Source: Eubacteriales bacterium
GTDB taxonomy: Bacteria > Bacillota > Clostridia > Oscillospirales > QAKW01
DNA length: 59,235 nt
Assembly: GCA_045612565.1 (NCBI GenBank)
Contig: JAZKZG010000011.1
Location: 1-59,235, forward strand
Direction of reading: 5' to 3'
The position numbers and the translations under genes are program-made. Shown in pieces: positions 1 to 11,647 of this stretch (positions are counted from its first letter, which is position 1; each line of letters begins with the position of its first letter). The notes under the pieces are model-generated. The model was not told where the DNA came from. It made no database searches and saw nothing but the letters and a program-made list of their open reading frames with translations.

Positions 1-347
<347 letters not shown>

Positions 348-486
348 TTAATAAATTACCACCTGTTATTGTAGCACTAAAAGTTGATAATGTAAAGTAT
401 AAAAATGATTTTTATAAATTTATTTTTACTATTGTAAAAACAATTATTTTATTTTAAAATATAATAAAAAATCAAGTTGGTAAAAA

Positions 487-2013
487 ATGGTTACAAAAAT
501 TATTTCATACGGAATAAACGGAATAAATGCATACGAAGTTGATGTGGAAGTTGACGTTTCAGGTGGACTTCCCAATTTTGATATTGTAGGACTCCCTGAC
601 ACTGCTGTGAAAGAAGCAAAAGAACGTGTACGAAGTGCTTATAAAAACTCAGGCTTTGTTTTCCCAGCGAAAAGAATCACTGTAAATTTAGCACCTGCAA
701 ACATCAAAAAAGAAGGTTCAGTCTTTGATTTGCCCATTTTATTAGGTCTTTTAAAATCATCTGGGCAAATCAATTTTGAAATTGATAATTGCGCTTTTGC
801 CGGAGAGCTTTCATTAATTGGTGATATCAAAGGTGTAAACGGTATTTTACCAATGATAATCTGCGCAAAAGAAAAAGGTATTAAAGCGATATATATTCCC
901 GAGGATAACAAAAGTGAAGGAGAATACATTGACGGTATTGATGTATATCCCGTTAAAAACGTAAGACAATTACTTTCGCATTTAATTAACGAACAAAGCA
1001 TCGAACCAATTCAAGTAAAAAAATTCACTGCACTTTTGCCTAATAATTTCGATATTGATTTTTGTGATGTAAAAGGTCAATACGCTGCAAAACGCGCACT
1101 TGAAATTGCTGCAGCAGGCGGACATAATATTTTAATGATAGGACCGCCGGGAAGCGGTAAAAGTATGCTTGCAAAACGATTACCGACAATACTTGCACCA
1201 ATTTCTTTTAAAGAGTCAATCGAATGTACAAAGATTTACTCGGTTGCAGGTAAACTTGACGGAAGCGATTTAATCAAAACAAGACCATTTCGTTCTCCTC
1301 ACCACACCATTAGCAATGTTGGACTTTGTGGCGGAGGACGAAATCCAAAACCAGGAGAGATTTCACTTGCTCATAATGGTGTATTATTCCTGGATGAATT
1401 TCCCGAGTACTCCCCTGCCTCTATCGATTCCATGCGCGCACCTATTGAAGATGGAGTAATAACGGTAAGTCGAGCATCAGGTTCTGTTACATATCCGTGC
1501 AATATTATGCTTGTTTGTGCAATGAACCCCTGTAAATGCGGGTATTACGGACATCCAAAAAAACAATGCACTTGCACACCGCAACAAATATCAAAATATG
1601 CTTCAAGAATTTCGGGACCTATGCTTGATAGAATTGATATTCACATTGACGTTCCTGCCGTGGAATACGACCAAATAAGTTCCACAATTCAAGGAGAAAA
1701 GTCAGAAGAAATAAGAAAACGTGTGCTTGACGCAAGAAAAATGCAGTATTTAAGATACCAAGGAACCGGTATTTATAAAAATTCAGACTTATCATCACGT
1801 CTTATACGCGAATTCTGTATTTTAACAGATCAAGCAAAGGCTGTTATTAAAGAAAGTTATGATCAATTCAACATCACAGGTCGTGGATATGATAAAATAT
1901 TAAAAATAGCACGTACGATTGCCGATCTTGATAAGTCACAAATAATTGATAAAAAGCACATTTTAGAAGCGTTAAGATACCGAACTTTAGAAAAATACAA
2001 TTATAATATATAA
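487..2013 (+). CDS. comM: YifB/ComM family Mg-chelatase-like AAA+ ATPase
   Basis: 508 aa. Has a Lon-protease-like N-domain, Walker A GPPGSGKS, a ChlI-type AAA core and a Cys-rich insert (CKCGYYGHPKKQCTC) typical of the family. Confidence 0.9.
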   Translation: MVTKIISYGINGINAYEVDVEVDVSGGLPNFDIVGLPDTAVKEAKERVRSAYKNSGFVFPAKRITVNLAPANIKKEGSVFDLPILLGLLKSSGQINFEIDNCAFAGELSLIGDIKGVNGILPMIICAKEKGIKAIYIPEDNKSEGEYIDGIDVYPVKNVRQLLSHLINEQSIEPIQVKKFTALLPNNFDIDFCDVKGQYAAKRALEIAAAGGHNILMIGPPGSGKSMLAKRLPTILAPISFKESIECTKIYSVAGKLDGSDLIKTRPFRSPHHTISNVGLCGGGRNPKPGEISLAHNGVLFLDEFPEYSPASIDSMRAPIEDGVITVSRASGSVTYPCNIMLVCAMNPCKCGYYGHPKKQCTCTPQQISKYASRISGPMLDRIDIHIDVPAVEYDQISSTIQGEKSEEIRKRVLDARKMQYLRYQGTGIYKNSDLSSRLIREFCILTDQAKAVIKESYDQFNITGRGYDKILKIARTIADLDKSQIIDKKHILEALRYRTLEKYNYNI

Positions 2014-2051
2014 AAAATAAGTATGGCAGAATTTGCCATACTTATTTTTTT
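2014..2051. terminator. bidirectional intrinsic terminator between convergent comM and potD
   Basis: A-tract, 12-bp stem ATAAGTATGGCA/TGCCATACTTAT, 5-nt loop, T-tract. Confidence 0.8.
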
Positions 2052-3090
2052 ATGAATTTTTAATTTTAATCCATAATTCAGTATAATACTCAAGTGTATC
2101 TTTTGAAAGATTTGTATATACTTGTGTCTTATCTAAATATTCGTCATCAGGATAAGAAATACCATCATTTTTAGTTTCATCATCAAGATTATCAAAAACC
2201 TGCTGATGAGGTGTGGAATACCATGTTTCAAGACAATTTAACATTGCTATGTCTTCTCTGCACATGAAATTTATATATTTCTCAGCAGCTTCTTTATTCT
2301 TTGAATTTTTAACAATGCACATTGAATCAACATAGAGATTTGTTCCCTCATTCGGAGTAGCAATACTAAGATTAGGATTTTCTTCAATCATTGTAAGCGC
2401 GTCTCCAGCATATGCAGGGGTAATATATGCAGATTCACTTTCCATTCTGTTAAAAATTTCATCCGAAACAAACGCCTGAAGATTCTTTTTCAGTTCAACA
2501 ATATTGTCTGCCGCTGTTTTTAATTCATCTTGATTTTCGGTATTAACACTTTTGTTATTTCTTATTAACGAAAGACCGATAGCATCTCGGGAATTATTAT
2601 ACATCAGAACTTTGCCATCATACTTTTTATCCCAAAGAACATCCCATGATGTCGGTTCTTCTTTAACGTATTTTGAATTATATAACAAACATATGGTTCC
2701 CCAAAAATAAGGAACAGAATATTTCTCCTCCGGATCAAATTCCAAACCTTTAAATCTCTCCATAATATGCTTATAGTTAGGTATATTGTCAAAATCAAGA
2801 GGTTCAAGCATATCTTCAGAAATCAGACGAGCAACCATGTAATCAGACGGAAATACAATATCATATTTTGCAGCACCGTTTTTTAATGAAGCATACATCG
2901 ATTCGTTGTTATCATACTCATCATAAATAACTTTGATGCCATATTCTTCTTCGAATTTTTCATTTACCGTACTGTCAATGTATTCGCCCCAATTATATAC
3001 ATACAAAACCTCATTAGGTGCGTATGACGAACAAGACGAAAGAAGAACCAAAAGCATAACAACAGCGGTTACAAAGAAGATTTTTTTCAT
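2050..3090 (-). CDS. potD: spermidine/putrescine ABC transporter substrate-binding lipoprotein
   Basis: 346 aa. Lipobox LLSSCSS and PotD/PotF-like binding-protein sequence. 4-nt ATGA overlap with potC. Confidence 0.85.
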   Translation of the reverse strand: MKKIFFVTAVVMLLVLLSSCSSYAPNEVLYVYNWGEYIDSTVNEKFEEEYGIKVIYDEYDNNESMYASLKNGAAKYDIVFPSDYMVARLISEDMLEPLDFDNIPNYKHIMERFKGLEFDPEEKYSVPYFWGTICLLYNSKYVKEEPTSWDVLWDKKYDGKVLMYNNSRDAIGLSLIRNNKSVNTENQDELKTAADNIVELKKNLQAFVSDEIFNRMESESAYITPAYAGDALTMIEENPNLSIATPNEGTNLYVDSMCIVKNSKNKEAAEKYINFMCREDIAMLNCLETWYSTPHQQVFDNLDDETKNDGISYPDDEYLDKTQVYTNLSKDTLEYYTELWIKIKNS

Positions 3091-3869
3091 TTTGAAACCT
3101 CCTTTGAATTTTTATTACCAACAACATTTGCTAAAATCAAAATCAACAAAACAGTTAAAAACATCAGAGCACAAAGAGCATTTATGCTAAGCGGAATTTT
3201 ACGTTTAGTAATAGTATAAATAACAGTAGACAATGTTGCAAACGAATTACCACGAACAAAGAATGTAACAACAAAGTCATCAATAGAAAGCGTAAAAGCC
3301 ATCATAAGCCCAGACAGAATGCCGGGTAACAACTGAGGAAAAACAGCTTTGAAGAAGGCTTGTACAGGAGGAGCACCCAAATCCTGAGCCGCTTCATAAA
3401 GATGAGCATCAACATGTCTTAATCTGGGGGTTACCGACAATATAACATAAGGAATATTAAATGTAATATGTGCTATTAATACAGTTAAAAAGCCGGTCGA
3501 AACCCTGAATGCTATAAAAAGCAAAAGCATTGAAATACCTGTAATAATATCAGGATTTAAAACAGGAAGATACGTCACATCCATTATTGCTTTTTTATGC
3601 CATTTTTTATAGTTTGATATACCGATTGCTGCTGCAGTTCCAATCACAGTCGAAACCAAAGACGCTATTGTTGCAACAAGCAAAGTGTTACCCAACGCGT
3701 TCAAGATTTCAGAATCACTGAATAATTTCTTGTACCATGTGAGCGAAAAGCCCTCAAAAACAACATTGGAATTTGATGAGTTGAACGAAAAGAAAATAAG
3801 AAGAACGATGGGTGCATAAAGGATTGCAAAAATAATAAACAAATATCCTTTAGAGAGAACTTTTTTCAT
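3087..3869 (-). CDS. potC: spermidine/putrescine ABC transporter permease
   Basis: 260 aa, 6-TM permease with EAA loop ([10 protein letters not shown]). Overlaps potB by 4 nt. Confidence 0.85.
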   Translation of the reverse strand: MKKVLSKGYLFIIFAILYAPIVLLIFFSFNSSNSNVVFEGFSLTWYKKLFSDSEILNALGNTLLVATIASLVSTVIGTAAAIGISNYKKWHKKAIMDVTYLPVLNPDIITGISMLLLFIAFRVSTGFLTVLIAHITFNIPYVILSVTPRLRHVDAHLYEAAQDLGAPPVQAFFKAVFPQLLPGILSGLMMAFTLSIDDFVVTFFVRGNSFATLSTVIYTITKRKIPLSINALCALMFLTVLLILILANVVGNKNSKEVSK

Positions 3870-4672
3870 ATCAAGCCCTCCTTGGTTTCATCATCAAGAA
3901 AACCAAACAATATTAGAACAATAAACATTATTATCATCATTACAAGGCTTATTGCAGCACCGGCATTAAAGTTATAATTTTGAGTAAACATATCATTTAT
4001 AACGTTACCGATAAGATAAACTTTGCCACCGCCCAATTTTTCGGAAATAACAAAAGTTGACAAGCACGGAATAAATACCATAATGATTCCGGAATAAATA
4101 CCGGGCATTGAAAGCGGTAAAATAACACGCTTAAATACCGTAAAACTATTTGCTCCCAAATCCTGAGCAGCCTCAATTACTTTGTCATCGAGTTTTTCAA
4201 GAGCTGTAAATATAGGAAGAACCATAAAAGGTAAATAGTTGTATACAAGACCAAGAACAACGGCGAAATGGGTATCGAGAAGTTTAATTGATTCACACCC
4301 CAAAATATTCAAAAATTTATTTATAAAACCATTGTCCATCAAAAGATTTTGCAAAGCCTGAGTTCTAAGTACAAAATTTATCCACATTGGAAGCATTAAA
4401 AGAACAAGAGCAATTGATTTAGAGCGTTCGCTAAGATTAGACATAATATATGCAAGCATATATCCAAGCAACAAACAAACAACCGTTGCTACACCAGCAT
4501 ATAACACGCTTCTCCACAAAACCTCAGTATATTTGCTAATTTGTTTAACGTTTTCAAGTGTAAACATACCATTTGCATCAGTAAATGCAAAATAACCCAC
4601 AAAAATAGTAGGAACAACAATAAATATACCTGCCCAAATAATATATGGAACAGCAATTACCCTGCTTTTCAA
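3866..4672 (-). CDS. potB: spermidine/putrescine ABC transporter permease
   Basis: 268 aa permease with EAA loop ([10 protein letters not shown]). Overlaps potA by 4 nt. Confidence 0.85.
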   Translation of the reverse strand: MKSRVIAVPYIIWAGIFIVVPTIFVGYFAFTDANGMFTLENVKQISKYTEVLWRSVLYAGVATVVCLLLGYMLAYIMSNLSERSKSIALVLLMLPMWINFVLRTQALQNLLMDNGFINKFLNILGCESIKLLDTHFAVVLGLVYNYLPFMVLPIFTALEKLDDKVIEAAQDLGANSFTVFKRVILPLSMPGIYSGIIMVFIPCLSTFVISEKLGGGKVYLIGNVINDMFTQNYNFNAGAAISLVMMIIMFIVLILFGFLDDETKEGLI

Positions 4673-5721
4673 TTAGCGGTTCCCGCCCCCTTTTCCATTA
4701 TGTGAATATATTCCGGAATAATATTCATTCCAATTGTTTGTCCAACACCCTTGCATTGAATAGAATGAATTTTCCAAATAAAATTTTTAGTTTGTACAAG
4801 CATTTCATAATGAACGCCTTTAAAAGTCACAGATAAAACAGTGCCAACAATTGCACCTTTATCAACATCACAAACTTCAATATCCTCAGGTCGTACAACA
4901 ACCTCAACATCTGCATTTTCACCAAATCCTGAGTCAACACAAACAAATTCTGTATCTTCAAACTTAACAAGAAGATCTTTTATCATAACACCATCAATTA
5001 TGTTGCTCTCACCGATAAAATCAGCAACAAAAGCATTAACCGGTTCATTATAAATATCCTCAGGAGTACCTATTTGCTGAATAATACCATCTTTCATAAC
5101 AACAACAGTATCACTCATTGTAAGTGCCTCTTCTTGATCGTGAGTAACATATATAAATGTAATACCCATCTGCTGTTGAATTCTTTTAAGTTCAATCTGC
5201 ATATCTTTTCTTAGTTTAAGATCAAGAGCACCAAGAGGTTCATCAAGAAGCAACACCCTTGGATTATTAACAAGCGCACGCGCAATGGCAACACGCTGTT
5301 GCTGACCGCCCGACAATGAATTTATTGAGCGTTTATTGTATCCTTTAAGATTAACAATTTCAAGCATTTCATTAACACGGGTTTCTATTTCTTCTTTTGA
5401 AACTTTATTTATTTTTAAACCAAATGCAATATTTTCAAAAACATTAAGATGAGTAAATAATGCATATTTTTGAAAAACTGTATTCACCTGTCTTTTATGA
5501 GGAGGCAAATCGTTAATTTTAACACCATCAAAAAGAATGTCGCCACTATCAGGTGACACAAAACCTGCAATAGTGCGAAGAGTTGTTGTTTTGCCACAAC
5601 CCGAAGGTCCCAAAAAAGTAACAAATTCTTTATCACGAATATTTAAATTTAAATTTTCAATAATTGATTCGCCGTCAAAAGTAACATTGATATTTTTTAA
5701 TTGTATAATATCTTTTGCCAA
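4669..5721 (-). CDS. potA: spermidine/putrescine ABC transporter ATP-binding protein
   Basis: 350 aa. Walker A GPSGCGKT, signature LSGGQQQR, Walker B LLLDEP, C-terminal TOBE-like domain. TTG start 7 nt after GGAGGA. Confidence 0.9.
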   Translation of the reverse strand: MAKDIIQLKNINVTFDGESIIENLNLNIRDKEFVTFLGPSGCGKTTTLRTIAGFVSPDSGDILFDGVKINDLPPHKRQVNTVFQKYALFTHLNVFENIAFGLKINKVSKEEIETRVNEMLEIVNLKGYNKRSINSLSGGQQQRVAIARALVNNPRVLLLDEPLGALDLKLRKDMQIELKRIQQQMGITFIYVTHDQEEALTMSDTVVVMKDGIIQQIGTPEDIYNEPVNAFVADFIGESNIIDGVMIKDLLVKFEDTEFVCVDSGFGENADVEVVVRPEDIEVCDVDKGAIVGTVLSVTFKGVHYEMLVQTKNFIWKIHSIQCKGVGQTIGMNIIPEYIHIMEKGAGTAN

Positions 5722-5757
5722 TTATTATTAATCCTCCATAAATATAAAATCAATTCT

Positions 5758-5786
5758 AATATAAAGACTTTGTAGCAATTTGTCAA
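5758..5786 (-). promoter_or_regulatory. sigma-A-type promoter of potABCD
   Basis: Minus strand reads TTGACA, 17 nt, TATATT, about 35 nt upstream of the potA start. Confidence 0.55.
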
Positions 5787-5808
5787 TAAAAATCTTAGAA
5801 TCTTTAAT

Positions 5809-5870
5809 AAAAAATAAGAGTATTTCACTGTTCAAACAAAACTGTTTGTGACATAACTTTGAAATACTCT
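5809..5870 (-). terminator. intrinsic terminator after the pseudouridine synthase gene
   Basis: 11-bp outer stem AGAGTATTTCA/TGAAATACTCT encloses an inner hairpin CAAACA-AAAC-TGTTTG. A U-rich tract (UAUUUUUU) follows on the minus strand. Confidence 0.6.
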
Positions 5871-5877
5871 ATTTTAC

Positions 5878-6858
5878 TTAATTTTCCTCTATTTTACTCA
5901 CTTTTGATGATTTATTGAAAAATTCCAGAAAATACACATCATCAACAATAAATTCACGACCGTTAAGATACGAAAAAATATTATCATTTTCAACATCAAA
6001 TCGAAGTGAATAGGAATAAAGTGTTTGGTGCCTAAATGGTAAATTTTTGTTGTCGCGAAGTCTTCCGTATTTACAATCACCAACAACAGAATGTCCAATA
6101 AAAGATAAATGAGCTCTAATCTGGTGAGTTCTGCCTGTAATAAGTTCAACTTCCAATAATGAAATATTATTTTTAGTTTGCAAAACCTTATATTTTGTGA
6201 TTATACTTTTAGCTTCACCAAATGGTTTATCTTTAACAATAACTGTATTAGTATCACAGTTTTTTTCAAGATAACCGATTAATGTATCAGTTTTTGGGTT
6301 AGGAACACCAAAAACCATAGTCAAGTATTTTTTTACTATCTTACGATGTTTAATAATTTCATATAATTCGCGTTGAGCAACAGCATTTTTGGCAACAATA
6401 ACTATTCCACCTGTATTTTTATCCAATCGATTACACAAAGAAGGTGTAAAGCTATTTTCCTTTTCAGGTGAGTATTCCCCTTTTTTATACAAATAGAGCA
6501 ACACTTGATTTATAAGAGTATCTCTTCCTTCTTTGTTATCAGAATGAACAATAACTCCAGGCTTTTTGTCAACAAGCAAAATGTTTTCATCTTCATAAAC
6601 AATTGTTAAACCAGGATCATAAGCAATATCCAAAAATGAGTTTGACTTTTGTATAAAAAACTCATCATTTATATACATTTCAACAACATCACCCTGAACC
6701 AATTTGTATGAAATTTCTGCTCGCTTACCGTTTACCTTTATCGCCTTTTTTCTAATGTATTTGTACATAAGTGACGCACTTATACCTGATGCAGTCTTTA
6801 AAACAAATTTATCAAGTCGCTGACCGGCATCGTTTTTATTAATTATAAATTGTTTCAT
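5878..6858 (-). CDS. RluA-family (RluD-like) 23S rRNA pseudouridine synthase
   Basis: 326 aa. N-terminal S4-like domain, catalytic motif NRLDKNTGG and HQIRAH motif. Start overlaps the upstream gene stop (ATGA). Confidence 0.85.
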   Translation of the reverse strand: MKQFIINKNDAGQRLDKFVLKTASGISASLMYKYIRKKAIKVNGKRAEISYKLVQGDVVEMYINDEFFIQKSNSFLDIAYDPGLTIVYEDENILLVDKKPGVIVHSDNKEGRDTLINQVLLYLYKKGEYSPEKENSFTPSLCNRLDKNTGGIVIVAKNAVAQRELYEIIKHRKIVKKYLTMVFGVPNPKTDTLIGYLEKNCDTNTVIVKDKPFGEAKSIITKYKVLQTKNNISLLEVELITGRTHQIRAHLSFIGHSVVGDCKYGRLRDNKNLPFRHQTLYSYSLRFDVENDNIFSYLNGREFIVDDVYFLEFFNKSSKVSKIEEN

Positions 6859-9473
6859 ACTTTTATTTTTTCAATAATTTTGTTCATATAATAATATTTT
6901 TTAAAGATATTAAGGCTATAAAATACAGAAGTATACAATAAAGTAAACATATCAAGAACTGCAGCAGCATCAATGGTCTCAATTTCATTCTGTGAAAACT
7001 GTGACATTTCCAAAGTTGATAAAACAGATTGCATAGTAACGGGCAACTCGAACTGTTTATCAACACGCTGAGCAAAATCAATCATCATCTCACCCGGTGA
7101 AGGCACATATCCTAATGATTTAAATAAAATCATAATTTTTGGATAAAGCATTTTTACAAGATTTGTAGGTGCAACGCCGTGTAGATTATTAATAAATGAT
7201 TTAAAACGTGATTTTATAATCAACATTACAGCCATAAGTATTATTAAAATGATAATAGAAACAGCAATAATAAATGCAGCAATTATAACCCAAAGCGGAA
7301 TATCAATATAAACCTCCATTGGAATATCATTTACATTAACCGATGGCGGAGGCGGCTGTGTTATAACAGGAGGTTCTTCATCTTCTTCGGGGATATCATC
7401 TTCTATCGGTTCTTCTTCAGATATTTCGGGGTCATCAAGATAATCATAATCCCTCAATTGTTCAGATGAATTTGTTCCCGGAGTCGGATCAAACGTTAAC
7501 CATCCCATTCCCTCAAAATAAACTTCAACCCATGCATGATAATTCTTATCATCTATTTCACGTACAAATGTACCGGTATTGTCGGCATCGCTTACACTTT
7601 TCGCATGATAACCTGTAACATATCTTGCAGGAATACCTAGTTGACGCATCATAACCGTCATTGCAGTGGCAAAATATGTACAGTATCCTGTTTTGGTTTC
7701 CCTTATCATATAATTAACTTTTTGCATTGCACCGCCTGCCGAATGGGTAAAACTTTGGGCATACTTATATTCAGTTTTAAAATACTTTTCAATCGCAAGA
7801 GCTTTTGCAAAATTCTGTGAATAATCCGATGTAATCTCTTTAGCAAGCTGATATAATGTCTCTGATTTTTCAGGAACAGAAAGGTATTTACTTTTTACAT
7901 AGTCATAATATTTTTTCTCAGCTGTGATAAAATCATAAATTTTCTGTTCTTTATTTGATAAAGAATCCGATTTATCAGAAACCATTTTATAAAGAGAATT
8001 ATACACTTTTAAATTCCTGTCAATCGAAAGATAAAAGTCTCTGTCTGAAAAAGATTGAATTACTGCCTCGTAAGAATATTGATTGTTTTTAGGGCGCTTG
8101 TTTTCAAAGAAGGAGATTGTATCACCTGTTGTGATTACAGAAGCGTTTTTAGCATTAATTTTGCCATCAATACATCTGACAGGAACAAAAACCATAAGAC
8201 TTTTTGTAAATTTGGCTTTAAAATTAACCGAATCATAAACAAAACCAAGTTTTTCAGTTTCTTCCTTAGTCAACTTCGAAACGTCCTCAGGCGTATTAAC
8301 ATTGGTCATAAAATCAGAAACGATTTTCAAATAATTAAAATATTGTGTTGTTTCATCAAATGAATCGTTAACAATCTTATCATATTGATCGGTATCTTCT
8401 TTATCAAGAACTTTCCAGCCGTCTTCAAGCAGATCATCACCAATCCAACCACGCAGATAAAGCGGGGTCTTTGTTTTAGTTGTAACTGTCATTACAGGCA
8501 AATTTCTGAATTCAGGTGTTTTCAGTTCAAGAATATTTCCATTCAAAAGACCGCCGACTGCACCTTCTGCCGTTTCATAATTTTTATAAAACATCACGTT
8601 CATTGCCTTTTGAGCAAGATCATCTATAACTTTTCTTATGCTGTCAATCTGAAATCCTTCAGATGAAAATAATGCAAATGACAATGAGAGTGATAGCAAA
8701 AGAGAAACACACATACAGGAAAAACCATTTGCAGCAGTATTAAACGATAATTCAAAAGTATTTTTTTCTTTTTTATCTTCATTTTTTATCTTATTTCGTT
8801 TTTTTGAAACCTTAGAGATATTTTCAGCATAACATCCCAATATGCCCGAAATAAAAATAGAAAAGGCAATACCACTTGGTGTTGAGCCAAAATAAAGAGA
8901 TGGTGTCAGTACCAAAAAACATGGTACTGCAGCCATCCAAATAAGCGCACGTTTTATGAGTGTTAATGAAAATAATATCGAAAATAATATTGCGAGAACA
9001 ATAATTACAGTGTAAAAACACTCAGTCATATATACATCGTTCGATAAACTTTCCGTAATGTCGGTTGTCATCGAACTTTCATAATTCGTATAACCTTGTT
9101 CAACCATAATTTGAATTGTCAAATTATAGCAAAAAACAAAAGCATCAATTATTTTTGCAAAAAGATTTTTTGCGAATATCATTATAGAAATCGCAGCAAC
9201 ACCGAAAATCGACAAAAAAGAAATAAAAACTTTACTGTTTAAAGAAAATAAAATTGCAACAACAATAGTACAAAAAGAAATTAACGATATTGCTCCGAAG
9301 CCTATTGTCATATCAACTGAGGTTGCAACACAAAGCAAAAAACCTATAAGTGTTATGTACAACAAAATTGACTGAAAAACAAGTGGCCAAAATAATTTTT
9401 CAGTTTTATATTTAAGCGAATCAATAACAACTGTACGAGTCGCCTGTTTATTTTTCTTTTGAAATATCTGCAT
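6855..9473 (-). CDS. transglutaminase-like polytopic membrane protein (B. subtilis YebA-like)
   Basis: 872 aa. Multiple N-terminal TM helices, then a transglutaminase core (GYCTYFATAMTVMMRQLGIPARYVTGY ... HAWVEVY ... FDPT). An acidic/Pro-rich linker, a TM helix and a DUF4129-like tail follow. Confidence 0.8.
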   Translation of the reverse strand: MQIFQKKNKQATRTVVIDSLKYKTEKLFWPLVFQSILLYITLIGFLLCVATSVDMTIGFGAISLISFCTIVVAILFSLNSKVFISFLSIFGVAAISIMIFAKNLFAKIIDAFVFCYNLTIQIMVEQGYTNYESSMTTDITESLSNDVYMTECFYTVIIVLAILFSILFSLTLIKRALIWMAAVPCFLVLTPSLYFGSTPSGIAFSIFISGILGCYAENISKVSKKRNKIKNEDKKEKNTFELSFNTAANGFSCMCVSLLLSLSLSFALFSSEGFQIDSIRKVIDDLAQKAMNVMFYKNYETAEGAVGGLLNGNILELKTPEFRNLPVMTVTTKTKTPLYLRGWIGDDLLEDGWKVLDKEDTDQYDKIVNDSFDETTQYFNYLKIVSDFMTNVNTPEDVSKLTKEETEKLGFVYDSVNFKAKFTKSLMVFVPVRCIDGKINAKNASVITTGDTISFFENKRPKNNQYSYEAVIQSFSDRDFYLSIDRNLKVYNSLYKMVSDKSDSLSNKEQKIYDFITAEKKYYDYVKSKYLSVPEKSETLYQLAKEITSDYSQNFAKALAIEKYFKTEYKYAQSFTHSAGGAMQKVNYMIRETKTGYCTYFATAMTVMMRQLGIPARYVTGYHAKSVSDADNTGTFVREIDDKNYHAWVEVYFEGMGWLTFDPTPGTNSSEQLRDYDYLDDPEISEEEPIEDDIPEEDEEPPVITQPPPPSVNVNDIPMEVYIDIPLWVIIAAFIIAVSIIILIILMAVMLIIKSRFKSFINNLHGVAPTNLVKMLYPKIMILFKSLGYVPSPGEMMIDFAQRVDKQFELPVTMQSVLSTLEMSQFSQNEIETIDAAAVLDMFTLLYTSVFYSLNIFKKYYYMNKIIEKIKV

Positions 9474-10643
9474 TTATTTTAAACCCTTGATTTGATTTTC
9501 AATGTAATCTTTGGAATAATTAATTATTCCATCGGTTTCTTCATCGTTATATAATGAAATATTAATAATATTAACTTTGGTATTAACGTCAATAAAATAC
9601 TTTTTAACGTGTTTCTTAACGTCATTTGAGCCAAAAGATGTTATTATACAAACCTCAGCGCCCGAGGCAGCATTGACATTGACACCTCGTAACACATCTG
9701 AAATATCCGAGTCTTCAACATACGGAAGCATTGATATAAATGACTCAACCTCAAACAGTTGTTGCGCCGAAGATACACGAAAAGTTTTATTTTCAGTCTT
9801 CGACAAATTAATAACGACACTGAATCTGATTGAATTTTTTTGATATGAATGAATAATTGACAAAGCCGATTCAACAACGCAGTCAGACATACTTTTTGCT
9901 GTATAATAATCATTGTAATACGAAGACATATCAACAACAATATATGCCTGATCATATATATCTTCAGCAAACGATTTCATAACAATATTATCGTATTTGG
10001 ACGAGAGTTTCCAATGAGCATTTTTTAAGTTATCACCATAAACATAATCTCTTACACCCATCATATCTCCGCCATCTAACACGGGCGATGTTCCCAAAAC
10101 ATTTGAGTTATCTTGATTCTGTCTTTGGGCATTAATGGACATTGGAAGTTTAATTGTAGCAGGTTGTGAAATAACAGAGATTTTTGAGTTTAAACGTTTT
10201 TTAATTTTAATGAGTTTTAAAAAATCATAATACTCAACACAATCCACACTTAATTCATAAACACCTCTGTTTGCAAAAAAACACACATAATCAAAATATC
10301 CGTGTCTTGCGCAGGGAGCGTTCAATACAAAACGAACAGGGTCTATTGTTTTTCCGTTTTCATCAGGCAGTGAACAATACACATTAAAAACAGGGGCGAC
10401 AAATGGACTTGAATTGCACATTTTTATTCTCAAAGTGAACTTGTCAAAACGGCAGAGTGAATTATTGGTTGAAAATATCTTAACATTTACCAGCGGATAA
10501 CTTATTGCACTTAAAAGTATGGAAATAAACGGAAAAGCAATCAGTACAATGAGTGTTAGGAAAGAAACCGAATCATACAACGCTTGTGAAAAAATAAAAC
10601 CTGCAATAATTATTGAAAAATAAATTATTCGTGATTTCCACAT
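9474..10643 (-). CDS. DUF58 domain protein (YeaD-like)
   Basis: 389 aa. Two N-terminal TM helices and a DUF58-like region (GVRDYVYGDNLKNAHWKLSSK). Abuts the transglutaminase gene start. Confidence 0.75.
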   Translation of the reverse strand: MWKSRIIYFSIIIAGFIFSQALYDSVSFLTLIVLIAFPFISILLSAISYPLVNVKIFSTNNSLCRFDKFTLRIKMCNSSPFVAPVFNVYCSLPDENGKTIDPVRFVLNAPCARHGYFDYVCFFANRGVYELSVDCVEYYDFLKLIKIKKRLNSKISVISQPATIKLPMSINAQRQNQDNSNVLGTSPVLDGGDMMGVRDYVYGDNLKNAHWKLSSKYDNIVMKSFAEDIYDQAYIVVDMSSYYNDYYTAKSMSDCVVESALSIIHSYQKNSIRFSVVINLSKTENKTFRVSSAQQLFEVESFISMLPYVEDSDISDVLRGVNVNAASGAEVCIITSFGSNDVKKHVKKYFIDVNTKVNIINISLYNDEETDGIINYSKDYIENQIKGLK

Positions 10644-10660
10644 ATTTATTTATCCTTATA

Positions 10661-11617
10661 TTACTTCTTTAAAATTGGAGCTTTAATGGTGTTTTTAATT
10701 TCCTCCAAAACATCATAGTTTGTCATACGTTCAAGTTTCGCTTCAGCTGAAAGAACGATTCTGTGACCCACTACAAATTGATACAAATCACTTACGTCTT
10801 TAGGGATGACATAATTGCGACCATTCATAAGAGCATTTGCTGAAGATGCTTTTAAAAGCGCAATAGAAGCACGCGGAGACGCAGCAAGAATAACATTTTT
10901 ATTTATTCTTGTCGCTTGAACAAGTTCAGTAATATACTTACAAATTAATTCATCAACATAAATTTCACTAACAGCGTTTTGAATTTCAATAATATCATCC
11001 ACAGATGCAACAGCCGAAACAAAATTAAGAGGATTTTCTTTTTTTCTGTCAGCGATTATCTTAATTTCCGACTCAAGTGACGGATAACCAATTGTAAATT
11101 TAATTAAAAATCTATCAAGCTGAGCCTCAGGAAGTGGATATGTACCAATAAATCCAACAGGATTTTCAGTAGCAATAACCATAAATGGTTTTGGAAGTTT
11201 ACGTGTAACACCATCTACTGTCACCTGTTTTTCTTCCATTGCTTCTAAAAGAGCGGATTGAGTTTTAGGTGAAGTTCTGTTAATTTCATCTGCGATAAGA
11301 ACATTTGTAAACACAACACCCGGTTTATATGAAAAATCGCCTTTGGTCTTATCAAAAACAGAAAAGCCCGATATATCACTTGCCATAACATCGGGTGTGA
11401 GCTGAACACGCTTATAATCAAGACCGACAGCCTTTGATAATGCAGCAGCAATAGTTGTTTTACCAACACCAGGAACATCATCAATAAGAACATGTCCACC
11501 ACTTATTAACGAAAGGATTAAGAGCCTAACACTTTCGGGCTTACCAATAATAACTTTATTTACTTCTTCCATTATAGAATTGCAAACATTTGAATATTTC
11601 ATAACAGATGATTCCAT
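10661..11617 (-). CDS. MoxR-family AAA+ ATPase (YeaC-like)
   Basis: Walker A DDVPGVGKTT and Walker B LIADEINR, AAA_3/MoxR pattern. Start moved to ATG 11617 (GAGG SD 8 nt upstream). The ORF-track extension to 11689 runs through a promoter and the upstream terminator. Confidence 0.9.
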   Translation of the reverse strand: MESSVMKYSNVCNSIMEEVNKVIIGKPESVRLLILSLISGGHVLIDDVPGVGKTTIAAALSKAVGLDYKRVQLTPDVMASDISGFSVFDKTKGDFSYKPGVVFTNVLIADEINRTSPKTQSALLEAMEEKQVTVDGVTRKLPKPFMVIATENPVGFIGTYPLPEAQLDRFLIKFTIGYPSLESEIKIIADRKKENPLNFVSAVASVDDIIEIQNAVSEIYVDELICKYITELVQATRINKNVILAASPRASIALLKASSANALMNGRNYVIPKDVSDLYQFVVGHRIVLSAEAKLERMTNYDVLEEIKNTIKAPILKK

Positions 11618-11647
11618 ATCATTTACCTCAATAAACATTTTAAAAAA